Below, piece after piece: positions 10,027 through 18,912 of a stretch of DNA of 64,000 bases; the first letter of the stretch is position 1; the number at the start of each line of letters is the position of its first letter. Location: positions 53,884 through 117,883 of the forward strand of contig JBDKTL010000007.1 of assembly GCA_039698055.1 (NCBI GenBank). Reading direction: 5' to 3'. A program made the translations under genes and the position numbers. The DNA comes from Methanoregula sp. (GTDB taxonomy: Archaea; Halobacteriota; Methanomicrobia; Methanomicrobiales; Methanospirillaceae). Under the pieces are notes generated by a model. The model ran no database searches. It saw nothing but the letters and a program-made list of their open reading frames with translations, and was not told where the DNA came from.

Positions 10027-10692
10027 ATGAAAAAAATGAAAGAAGTCCCTGAACTGGACCGGCCCAGGGAAAAAATTGCCGTTAAAGGAGCTCGGGCACT
10101 TTCCGACACCGAGCTTATCGAGGCCATCATCGGGAGGGGTGTAAAAAACAAGGATGTCCGGGAGATCGCCCGGGATATCTCGCATATCCTCAAGCTTAAA
10201 AAAACCGGGATCCGATATGAGGATTTGCAGGAAATTGAAGGCATTGGTCCGACAAAGGCGTCCCAGATCATGGCATGTTTTGAACTGGGACGCCGGTATT
10301 TCAAGACGGATGATGCACCGGTAAAGATCTTAAAACCTGAAGATATCATTCCGGTGGTGGCCTGGCTTCGGGACCGACACCAGGAGCATTTTGTCTGCAT
10401 CACGCTCAATGGTGCAGGGGAAATGCTCAACAGCCGTACTGTAACGGTCGGTCTGTTAAATCACAGCCTTGTACACCCAAGGGAGGTGTACGCTGATGCC
10501 ATCACCGACAGGGCTGCATCGATCATCTGTGTCCACAACCATCCTTCAGGTTCCCTTGACCCAAGCAGCCAGGATATCGCCATCACCCGCCAGATCCAGG
10601 AGGCCGGCACCCTGCTTGGCATCCAGTTGCTGGACCATATCATCATCACAAAAAAAGGATTTTCAAGTATGAAAGAGCGCGGACAGCTCTGA
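10027..10692 (+). CDS. radC: RadC family JAB-domain protein
   Basis: RPREK, HhH GIGPTKA, VHPREV, HNHPSG and LLDHIII motifs. Confidence 0.93.
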   Translation: MKKMKEVPELDRPREKIAVKGARALSDTELIEAIIGRGVKNKDVREIARDISHILKLKKTGIRYEDLQEIEGIGPTKASQIMACFELGRRYFKTDDAPVKILKPEDIIPVVAWLRDRHQEHFVCITLNGAGEMLNSRTVTVGLLNHSLVHPREVYADAITDRAASIICVHNHPSGSLDPSSQDIAITRQIQEAGTLLGIQLLDHIIITKKGFSSMKERGQL

Positions 10693-10757
10693 CAAGGGAT
10701 GCACGATGACCTCCCCGAATTTTTAAGGGTAACGGATCCCTGATTCAGGCAGGAAAA

Positions 10758-11372
10758 CTATTCTGTCGGTTTGTGCGGCGCTGCATCAAACGTTTTTCCC
10801 AGCAAATACCCTTTTTTATATGCCGCATCAAGAAGGTCTGGCTGTGTTTTGATTTCCCGGATAGAGTCCATATCGCTAATCAGCAATTCGTCATGATACT
10901 GGCAGTCTATGATATCAAAAAACGCCCTCACGGCCATTTTTGCGCCGACAAAAACCTCGGGGATATCCATGCCTGATATGCAGATAAAAAGACCTTTTCT
11001 CTCCATTTGCCGTTTTTTATTAAAAAAAGGCTTGTTCCGGACGTATTTTGCCATAAAAAAAACCTGGAACCGGTCCATGAACGATTTGAGCCTGCCAGGA
11101 ATGCCCATCGTCATGACCGGCGTGGCAATGATGATGCCGTCCATTTCCCTGAATTTCTGGTACATCTGCTGCATGTCGTCGTCTATAATGCAGGTTTCAT
11201 GATCCCTGCAGAACATCATCTCCATACATCCCTGGAAGTCCAGGCTGTTGACAGAGATTTTTTCGACGGTGCAACCGGCATCTGATGCTCCTTTGAGAGC
11301 CATATCGAGCAACTGTGCTGTATTTCCCTCAGAAACGGGGCTCCCGAGTAGCCCGATAACCATTTTGGTCAT
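10758..11372 (-). CDS. Flavodoxin family / iron-sulfur flavoprotein (Isf-like), atypical Cys motif
   Basis: GSP..GNT, ATPV and LKSFMDR; Cys motif reads CxxMxxCx5C. Confidence 0.85.
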   Translation of the reverse strand: MTKMVIGLLGSPVSEGNTAQLLDMALKGASDAGCTVEKISVNSLDFQGCMEMMFCRDHETCIIDDDMQQMYQKFREMDGIIIATPVMTMGIPGRLKSFMDRFQVFFMAKYVRNKPFFNKKRQMERKGLFICISGMDIPEVFVGAKMAVRAFFDIIDCQYHDELLISDMDSIREIKTQPDLLDAAYKKGYLLGKTFDAAPHKPTE

Positions 11373-11484
11373 AGTAGGACTTGGGTAAAAGCCGCATTAT
11401 AGCTTTTGCAAACATGGGTATGAAAGGGAGAATAATCGCCGGAAATGTGTGCATCAACACAACTGATAAATATCTTTGACGTAG

Positions 11485-11736
11485 ATGAGAAGTTTGGTGA
11501 TTTTTCTGACCGAACAAAAGACATATTCAGCAGGACAGAAGGTTGGCCCGGGAAAATACGTCTGTATTGACTGCGGCAAGGAATATACCCTTGACAAGAG
11601 CGAGCAGGATCTCCGGAAATGCCCGTCCTGTTCCTGCGAAGAATACCAGTGCTTTCCCATGACTCACATCCGCCCGGATATCAAGACACCCGAAGACGCC
11701 AGAAATCCGCCAAAACGCGGGAAAAGCAACCAGTAA
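11485..11736 (+). CDS. Small zinc-ribbon protein
   Basis: YSAGQKVGPGKYVCIDCG...CPSC; real start may be CTG at 11506 behind a GGTGA RBS. Confidence 0.75.
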   Translation: MRSLVIFLTEQKTYSAGQKVGPGKYVCIDCGKEYTLDKSEQDLRKCPSCSCEEYQCFPMTHIRPDIKTPEDARNPPKRGKSNQ

Positions 11737-11868
11737 CCACTTATTTTTTACCGGCCGTACTGCTATCTGAATGCTGGTGGGGCACGCCACAGGAATTCGT
11801 GCAATTGTCAACCGGCAGGAGGGGCCTTTACCATTCCGTTGCCGGTTCTTGAAGGGAACGTTTTCATC

Positions 11869-11997
11869 ATGGTTAACGTGTCAAAAGAAGGACAGGTCTT
11901 CAAATGCGAGATCTGTGGAAATGTTGTTATCGTGAAAGAAGCCGGAGGCGGGGAATTAATCTGCTGCGGCGAACCAATGCAACTGGAGAGTGATTGA
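11869..11997 (+). CDS. Stand-alone desulforedoxin (desulfoferrodoxin FeS4 domain), 42 aa; absent from ORF track
   Basis: [42 protein letters not shown], with the canonical CxxC-x15-CCG..M motif. Confidence 0.9.
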   Translation: MVNVSKEGQVFKCEICGNVVIVKEAGGGELICCGEPMQLESD

Positions 11998-11999
11998 TT

Positions 12000-12389
12000 A
12001 TGGTAAAAAAAGTATCGGCTATTAAGAAAGTGACGGCAAAAAAGGATACGGCAAAAGACCTCAAAGACCTCGAGAAGAAGATCGGAAAAGTGCCGAAATT
12101 CTTCAAGGAACTGACCATTAAAGATCCCGATATGTACGAGATGGTAATGAAGTTTGAGAAGCATATCTGGGACGACGGGAAATTGTCACGGAAGACAAAG
12201 AAGCTGATCGCAATTGCCATCGCCGCTGCACTCCGTGACCAGCACGCGGTTCGTGCCCAGCTTGCCGGTGCAGCTAACCTTGGGGTTACCAAAGCAGAGA
12301 TCGAGGAAGCACTCCGTGTGACCTTCCTGCTCTCAGGTATGCCCGCATACGTGTACGGCAAGGCGCAGATGGATGATGTGATGAAGTAA
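12000..12389 (+). CDS. Carboxymuconolactone decarboxylase / AhpD-like protein (no cysteine)
   Basis: LSRKTKKLIAIAIA...A.NLGVTKAEIEEAL CMD-fold pattern. Confidence 0.82.
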   Translation: MVKKVSAIKKVTAKKDTAKDLKDLEKKIGKVPKFFKELTIKDPDMYEMVMKFEKHIWDDGKLSRKTKKLIAIAIAAALRDQHAVRAQLAGAANLGVTKAEIEEALRVTFLLSGMPAYVYGKAQMDDVMK

Positions 12390-12402
12390 CGGGGGAGACC
12401 CC

Positions 12403-13047
12403 ATGGAAGAAGAGACTTGTATCAGTTTCCCGGTGCTCGGAGAACCCGCACCGGACTTTGAAGCGGAGACAACGCAGGGTCCAATTAAACTTTCTGACCA
12501 GAAGGGAAAATGGGTGGTGCTTTTTTCGCATCCTGCCGATTTTACTCCCGTGTGTACTACCGAGTTCATGGCATTTGCCGCAATCCATGATGAGCTTGTA
12601 GCGCTCAATGTCAAACTGATTGGACTTTCAGTGGACAGTATATCGGCACATCTTGCCTGGCTGCACAACATCAAGGAGAAGATGGGGGTAACCGTTCCGT
12701 TTCCGGTTATTGCTGACCTGAATATGAAGGTAGCAAAAAAATACGGCATGATCCACCCGAGCCAGAGCTCGACAGCGGCAGTAAGATGTGTGTTCTTTAT
12801 CGATGATAAGGGGATTATGAGGGCGATGATCTACTACCCATTGCAAAACGGGCGGTTCATGCCTGAGATTATTCGTCTTGTCAAAGCACTCCAGATGACG
12901 GACAAGAATAAAGTGTCCACACCTGCCAACTGGCAGCCGGGCGATAAAGTAGTTGTGGCGCCCCCTAAAACCGCTGCCGAAATGGAGAAGCGCTTAAGTG
13001 AAGGGTACGAATGCAAAGACTGGTACCTGTGCTTTAAGAAAGTATAA
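12403..13047 (+). CDS. Peroxiredoxin (Prx6/archaeal TDXH type)
   Basis: FSHPADFTPVCTTE, TPANWQPG and C-terminal CKDWYLC. Confidence 0.94.
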   Translation: MEEETCISFPVLGEPAPDFEAETTQGPIKLSDQKGKWVVLFSHPADFTPVCTTEFMAFAAIHDELVALNVKLIGLSVDSISAHLAWLHNIKEKMGVTVPFPVIADLNMKVAKKYGMIHPSQSSTAAVRCVFFIDDKGIMRAMIYYPLQNGRFMPEIIRLVKALQMTDKNKVSTPANWQPGDKVVVAPPKTAAEMEKRLSEGYECKDWYLCFKKV

Positions 13048-13231
13048 GATGCCCGGGTTTATCTTCAGGAAAATCTCTTTTTCATATTTTTTTGCTCTCG
13101 TGAGAAGTTTTAAGGCTCCCGGGACCTCTTAAACCCCGATGCGATGAGAGGAGACATGTTGCCTGATGATAAATATAGCTTAAACCCTGTTTCTCCGGTA
13201 AAAAAACATGATGGATAAGAAATTTTTTTTT

Positions 13232-14719
13232 TTAAATTATTATTGGCCCCTCATCGTCGGGCTTGTCAAGATAATCCGGGTGGATCTCACTCTTTGCTAC
13301 GATTGCAAGGATGAGGATAACAATTCCAAGGACAAACGACAGAAGGAATGCAAAGTCAAAGCCGGCCGAGAGGACTTTGCGTTGAATATCGACCGGTGCT
13401 GACCGGGTAACATCATAATTTGCTGCAATGGTGGCAATTCCTTGGACAAAGATCAGGTTAAAGGCAGCAATACCGAGGGTAAGCGGTGCAAACCGTTCGA
13501 GACTTGTCAGGCTCGATATCATTCCCTGTTTTGATTTTGCGACTGAATTCATGATCATGTTTGAAACAGGAGTAATCATCAAGCCAAGACCAAAACCAAT
13601 GAGTACCAGGCTTGAAACAACGAATCCCGCTGATGTGTCGGTATGGAGCCGGGTCATCATGAAGTACCCAACCATCAGCGGAATGGCAGCCGATATGCAG
13701 AGTATCCGGGGACCCAGCCGGTTATACAATACCCCTGAAAGGATGCCGGCACCCATCATGGCAAACGAGAGGGAGGTCATGATCAGCCCTGCGGAGGAAG
13801 TGTCATAACTGCGGACATACTTGAGATAAAATGGCAGGAGATAGTTGATCCCAGAAAAGCTGAAAAAAACCAACGACAGAAGCAGGTTCGTCACAAGAAA
13901 ATTCCGGTTGTGGAAAAGGCTGAAATCGAGCAGTGGGTCAGCCGCATTTAATTCGTGCACGACGAACCATGCAAGGGTTACCACGGCAATGAAGGCGAGA
14001 CTCAAAATGGGCAGTGACAGCCAGCCAAGGGTTGCGCCTTCTGACACGACGAAGAGAAGCGAGGCCAGACCCACAAATACCAGGCCGGCGCCGATACGAT
14101 CAAACCCGGTCAGTTTCACCTGTCCAATTGATTCAGGGATGACTTTTGCGCCCAAAATGACCGCAAAAATACCTACGGGTACATTGATGAAGAATATCCA
14201 GTGCCATGAAAGATACTGGGTCAGGACACCGCCGATAGTCGGGCCAAGGGCTGTGCCGAGTGCAGCAAACGTCATGACAATGCCCATCGCCTTTCCTTTT
14301 TGTTTCATCGGGATATAGGCAGCAATCATGGCAGGGGCTATTGCCGTTATCATCGCCCCGCCAACGGCCTGGAGAACCCGTGAGCCGATAAGGGAGGGGA
14401 ACCCGCCGATAATTTCCGGTAAAAGGCCGCAGAAAAAAGAGCCAAGAGTGAAAATGGCAAAGCCGGAGAGGAATACTTTTTTGAACCCGATCATATCGGA
14501 TATCTTACCAAAGACAAGGACACAGCCGGCCATCACCAGCAGGTATGACGTGGCAACCCAGCTGACGGTGCTCGAAGAGAGGTTAAACGCTTCGGAGATA
14601 GTCGGGAGGGCAATATTGACGATCGTACCGTCAAGACCTGACATAAACGTGGCAAGCGAGATGGAGACGATGAGGAGCCCCAAACCAGCCCCCATGTTCC
14701 TGCAACCGGTATTTCCCAT
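13232..14719 (-). CDS. MFS transporter, DHA2 (EmrB/QacA) family
   Basis: LDGTIVNIALPTI, GKISDMIG and WIFFINVPVG; ~14 TM segments. Confidence 0.9.
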   Translation of the reverse strand: MGNTGCRNMGAGLGLLIVSISLATFMSGLDGTIVNIALPTISEAFNLSSSTVSWVATSYLLVMAGCVLVFGKISDMIGFKKVFLSGFAIFTLGSFFCGLLPEIIGGFPSLIGSRVLQAVGGAMITAIAPAMIAAYIPMKQKGKAMGIVMTFAALGTALGPTIGGVLTQYLSWHWIFFINVPVGIFAVILGAKVIPESIGQVKLTGFDRIGAGLVFVGLASLLFVVSEGATLGWLSLPILSLAFIAVVTLAWFVVHELNAADPLLDFSLFHNRNFLVTNLLLSLVFFSFSGINYLLPFYLKYVRSYDTSSAGLIMTSLSFAMMGAGILSGVLYNRLGPRILCISAAIPLMVGYFMMTRLHTDTSAGFVVSSLVLIGFGLGLMITPVSNMIMNSVAKSKQGMISSLTSLERFAPLTLGIAAFNLIFVQGIATIAANYDVTRSAPVDIQRKVLSAGFDFAFLLSFVLGIVILILAIVAKSEIHPDYLDKPDDEGPIII

Positions 14720-14735
14720 TGGTAAATATTACCAA
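14719..14735. promoter_or_regulatory. Palindromic operator candidate at MFS start
   Basis: TTGGTAA-ata-TTACCAA perfect 7-bp inverted repeat in the divergent intergenic region. Confidence 0.4.
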
Positions 14736-14954
14736 CTCTTCTTCATGAGAGTTGTGTTATGGAGACGACATTTAATCGGCAAAAATGCCGACATCCATTG
14801 TATGGTTGTAGGGAGCCTTCGGGAATACCGGTTCTTAAAAAAAAGATGCCGTCTGACAATTTGCATACGTCAAATGCCATTTACTGTAACCGGCTCTTTT
14901 TAATCCCTGCTCCCAATCCAATCTTTTTTCACCCCGTATCGCCAAGCATCATCT

Positions 14955-15581
14955 ATGCCTATTAAAGTCCTCGCGTTTGCAGGCAGCCCGCGCCGGCATG
15001 GCAATTCGGAGACACTTCTTGACTGGGTACTGGCCAGCATGAGCGGGGAGCCGGATGTCGTGGTGGAAAAAGTCGCCCTCACTCAGGCAGATATCAACCC
15101 CTGCCGAGGCTGTAACGCGTGCGAAAAGCTTAACAAATGCATCCAGCGCGACGGGATGGTCATCTACCATGACAAAATTGTCGAGGCGGACTGCATCGTG
15201 CTCTCATCACCAATTTTTTGTATGGGACTTGCATCGCAGGTAAAAGCACTTGTAGACCGGGCCCAGGTCTTCAGGTCCCGGAAATATGTGCTCAAACTCC
15301 CCATCGTCCCTCCCGAACGGAAAGGAAAGCGCCTCGGCGTGTTCCTTTCAACCGCAGGACAGGACTGGCCGAATGTTTTTGATGCGGCGGTCCCTTCGGT
15401 AAAATGCTTCTACCATGTGATCGACATAAAAGACGCAGATATCAGGTACCTGATGATCAACGGGGTGGATGAGAAAGGAGCAATCGATCGGCATCCCACT
15501 GCACAGGCAGATGCAGCAAAACTCGGGATAGCCGTGATTGCCGACCTCAGGGAACGGCTGGCTACAGGTGAGCAGGCATGA
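14955..15581 (+). CDS. Iron-sulfur flavoprotein (Isf-like, flavodoxin family)
   Basis: GSPRRHGNS, CRGCNACEKLNKC and KALVDR. Confidence 0.88.
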   Translation: MPIKVLAFAGSPRRHGNSETLLDWVLASMSGEPDVVVEKVALTQADINPCRGCNACEKLNKCIQRDGMVIYHDKIVEADCIVLSSPIFCMGLASQVKALVDRAQVFRSRKYVLKLPIVPPERKGKRLGVFLSTAGQDWPNVFDAAVPSVKCFYHVIDIKDADIRYLMINGVDEKGAIDRHPTAQADAAKLGIAVIADLRERLATGEQA

Positions 15582-16183
15582 CGGTCACCGTTCTTGGCAT
15601 CTCCGGGAGTCCTCACCGGCATGGGAATACGGAAACGCTGCTTGACAGTTTCCTTGACGGGGCGAGAGCGGCTGGTGCGACGGTTGAGAAAGTCGTGCTC
15701 AAGGAATTCCAGTATTCGCCCTGCCGGGGGTGCAACGCCTGCCATAAAACCGGTAAATGTGTTGTTAAGGACGACGCAGTTGCGATCTTTGATAAAATTC
15801 TTGCGGCAGACTGCCTTGCTGTCGCTTCTCCCATCTATAGCATGGGCATCACCGCTGAACTCAAAGGTCTTATCGACAGGGGACAATATCTCTGGGCACG
15901 CAAATTCATATTAAAAACCCTCTTCTTTACCGATGAACATATCAAACGCCACAAAGCACTGTTCATCTCTACCGCCGGCCAGTCATGGGATCATGTATTT
16001 GACGGGGCATTTCCCATGGTCACGGCACTTTTTAACGGCGTCGGGTTTGAATATTATGACAATATCATCGCCAACAACATGGACAAGTACGGCGGGATTA
16101 AAAACCACCCGACCGCGATAAAGGATGCATTCCTGAAAGGCCAGAAAGTCGTGCATGTGCTGGAAAAACTCCAGCAACAATAA
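15578..16183 (+). CDS. Iron-sulfur flavoprotein (Isf-like), tandem paralog
   Basis: GSPHRHGNT, CRGCNACHKTGKC, SPIY and KGLIDR; ATGA overlap. Confidence 0.88.
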   Translation: MTVTVLGISGSPHRHGNTETLLDSFLDGARAAGATVEKVVLKEFQYSPCRGCNACHKTGKCVVKDDAVAIFDKILAADCLAVASPIYSMGITAELKGLIDRGQYLWARKFILKTLFFTDEHIKRHKALFISTAGQSWDHVFDGAFPMVTALFNGVGFEYYDNIIANNMDKYGGIKNHPTAIKDAFLKGQKVVHVLEKLQQQ

Positions 16184-16248
16184 TTCCTGCACGAGTATCC
16201 AAAAATTGTATTTGTATAATGTCAAGCGGGACTATCCGATAAAAAAAA

Positions 16249-16905
16249 TTAGACGAAATAATAAAATGACGCGATCAGAACACCGAACGCTGCGACGATA
16301 AGGGTTACAAAGACCGGCACGTTCCAGGACAGTACTTTCCTCCCGTCCAGCACACTGACCGGCAACATATTGAACGCTGCAATCATCGCGTTGACCTGAA
16401 GCCCGATCATGCCGACCAGAGTTATGAGATTCGCGCCTGAACCACCAAACGTGACGCCGTAAAAGAACAGGCCGGCAAACGGGATGCAGAGAAGCAGGTT
16501 CGTGATCGGTCCTGCTGCAGAGATCTTTCCGTTCTCTTCCCGGCTGATTCCTCTTCCATCGGTTGGATTATTGTAGATGACGGTTGCTCCGGGCGCTGCA
16601 AAAACCACCCCGACAAGGGACGCAAGAGCAACAGCCACAAGCAGCATCATGTTGTCCTTGCGGAATTCCGCCCAGTACCCGAATTTTATCGCGGTAAACT
16701 TATGTGCCATCTCGTGAAGAATAAACCCGATACCGACGGTTACAAGGGAGATGCCAAAATAGATAAGTGCGGTCGCTGCAGTGACCCGGCCATTGAAATT
16801 GAGAATTCCGCCAGGGGAGATAAATATAATCGTAAACGAGAGGGCTATAGCCAGCCATGCAATAAAGAGGTCCGCTTCTTCGCGCCGGTGGATACGTTCT
16901 AGCAT
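16249..16905 (-). CDS. M50 family (site-2) intramembrane metalloprotease
   Basis: HEMAH, AGP.TN and FNMLP..LDG motifs. Confidence 0.9.
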   Translation of the reverse strand: MLERIHRREEADLFIAWLAIALSFTIIFISPGGILNFNGRVTAATALIYFGISLVTVGIGFILHEMAHKFTAIKFGYWAEFRKDNMMLLVAVALASLVGVVFAAPGATVIYNNPTDGRGISREENGKISAAGPITNLLLCIPFAGLFFYGVTFGGSGANLITLVGMIGLQVNAMIAAFNMLPVSVLDGRKVLSWNVPVFVTLIVAAFGVLIASFYYFV

Positions 16906-17004
16906 GAGATCACTGGATCAGATAGGGTGGTTCTTGCATATCTGTTTTTAGAGCAGCCATCCGGGTCATCATATTTATCCCTTGTTCCTGCCCATTACTT
17001 GCAT

Positions 17005-17304
17005 ATGTCTTTGGAGGAAGTCAGGGCGGAGATCACTCATATTGACGAGGAGATCATCCAGCTCATCGCACAGCGTCAGGCGCTTGCCGGAAAAATTGCA
17101 GCAATCAAGCAGGAGGCCAGTGTTTCGGTTCATGATCGCCAGAGAAAAAACGATGTTCTCGCATACGTCATGCAGGTTGCAAAGGAGAAAGGTATTGATC
17201 CCGCCCCGGTAAAAACCATCTTTGAAACACTGATCGCCATGAATGAAAAACAACAGCATGCCATCATAGGAAAGAAATCCCCGTCAGGAAAAACCAGCCG
17301 GTAA
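17005..17304 (+). CDS. Chorismate mutase (AroQ type)
   Basis: LEEVRAEITHIDEEIIQLIAQR...IAAIK...D..R pattern; start MSLEE. Confidence 0.85.
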   Translation: MSLEEVRAEITHIDEEIIQLIAQRQALAGKIAAIKQEASVSVHDRQRKNDVLAYVMQVAKEKGIDPAPVKTIFETLIAMNEKQQHAIIGKKSPSGKTSR

Positions 17305-17371
17305 TTACCTGAAATTTTTTTCTATACTTACTGTTCTTTTTTTTTAATGAGACGGGAATCTGTCCCGTCTT

Positions 17372-18852
17372 TTACAAAAACACCGGACTTGCGAGGATAA
17401 TGATACCGACAAGTATCATGGCAATACCGATTGCCAGCCGGAGCATCCGGCGGTTTTCCAGTCTCCACATATTCACCTGTTCAGGAGGTATACCAAACAC
17501 AACCAACAGCAGGATCAGGATCAAGGGCAGGATGAAGATAAAATTATACAGGACGAGATACGGCAATCCCTGTGAAAGCGTAAGGCTGTTGCTCATAAGC
17601 CCAAGTATTGCTAGGTAAATACCACCGGTACAGGGCAGTTCGAAGATCCCAACAAGGACACCCAGAACAAAAGCGGCGGGCAGGGTTGCCACTTTGATGT
17701 ACCGGTCGATTAACGGTTTTCTGGATTCCGGAATAGCAAGGATAAATCCCTGCTTGTGGCGGAGGGTATCGATGATATTCACGATCCCGAGGATGATGGA
17801 AAGGATCGCAGCTGCCGTCGCAATCAGGGACGATATGCCGGAGACATGGACAAAGGAAAATATCCCAATACCCGAGAGAAAGTAGAAGCAGAAGACGGCG
17901 ATAATATAGGTACTTCCCACCATCAGGACCTGTCGCCGGCTCTGGAGCGACACGATCGACAGGAGCAGGATGATCAGCACTGAGAAAGCACAGGGATTGA
18001 CGCTGTCGATCAGGGCACAGGAAATGATGAGCGGTAGTGTTAATGCAGTTGCTACTCCGGGACAATTACCCGACGCGGAAACATTTGACGGGCTGCCCGG
18101 CACCACTCCCTGCTGCTGTTCAAGAATTGCCTGCTCAAGATCCTCGCGGATCTGTCCTTCTCCGACAAGCGCATGTGAGCCGATAATAAGTGTGGGTACA
18201 CCGGGACTGGGGATGCCAAATGCCTGAATCATCCGGGAAAATGTTTGCTGGTTTGTACTGTTATGATATACTTCAAGCATCTGGAGATCAAGGAATGGGT
18301 AGCGGGACTGGACATCGGCAAGATATGGTTTAACGTTATCGCAATGGGCGCATCCATCGCCATAAAAAAAATACCCGGTGATCTGTTCGGATTGGTTTGC
18401 CCGGATTGCAGGAGAAAAAGAGGAGATGATTTGAGAGGGATCGGTCTCATTTATTTTTTTTTTAATTGTTCGAGAATCAGCCCCTCAAGTTTGTCGGGAA
18501 TGTCACGTTCACCAACAAGCACCGTCTTTCCGATGATCACTTCAGGAACACCCGGGGCTGAGATGCCTGCCTTGTTATTCATCTCAACATAGATCTCCTG
18601 ATTTGTCTGGTTATGCCAGGTTTCAAGGATCTGGAAATTGACATCAGGATATTTTTTTGTCAGGTTAAGAATAAACGGCATCACGACATGGCAATGCGAG
18701 CACTCCTCGCCATAAAAAAAATAGACGACCGGGTTTCCCGCAGTGATGGCGGTATCTTCAGCCGGGTGAAGGATACTCCCGGCAAATACTGCAAGACAAC
18801 CAATGATGACAACAATAACCAGAGCGACACAAATTTTCAGGATTTTATCCAT
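17372..18852 (-). CDS. Membrane-anchored Trx-Trx-CcdA/DsbD-like thiol-disulfide protein split by -1 frameshift at A10 run
   Basis: 18852-18451 encodes TM + Trx (YFFYGEECSHC); the -1 frame beyond the A10 run (18454-18463) is open without a start and encodes a second Trx (YFFYGDGCAHC) plus CcdA-like TM domain (DSVNPCAF, FELPCTG). Confidence 0.82.
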
Positions 18853-18912
18853 CTGGTACTCCTGTTCTTTTATTGAAAGTATATTCATTTAAAAGATTGG
18901 CAGGTAAAAAAA

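Noticed and set aside
10027-10692. radC as a marker of a mobile element
   Set aside because: It is the full-length chromosomal type with an HhH domain, with no integrase, att repeats or compositional shift nearby.
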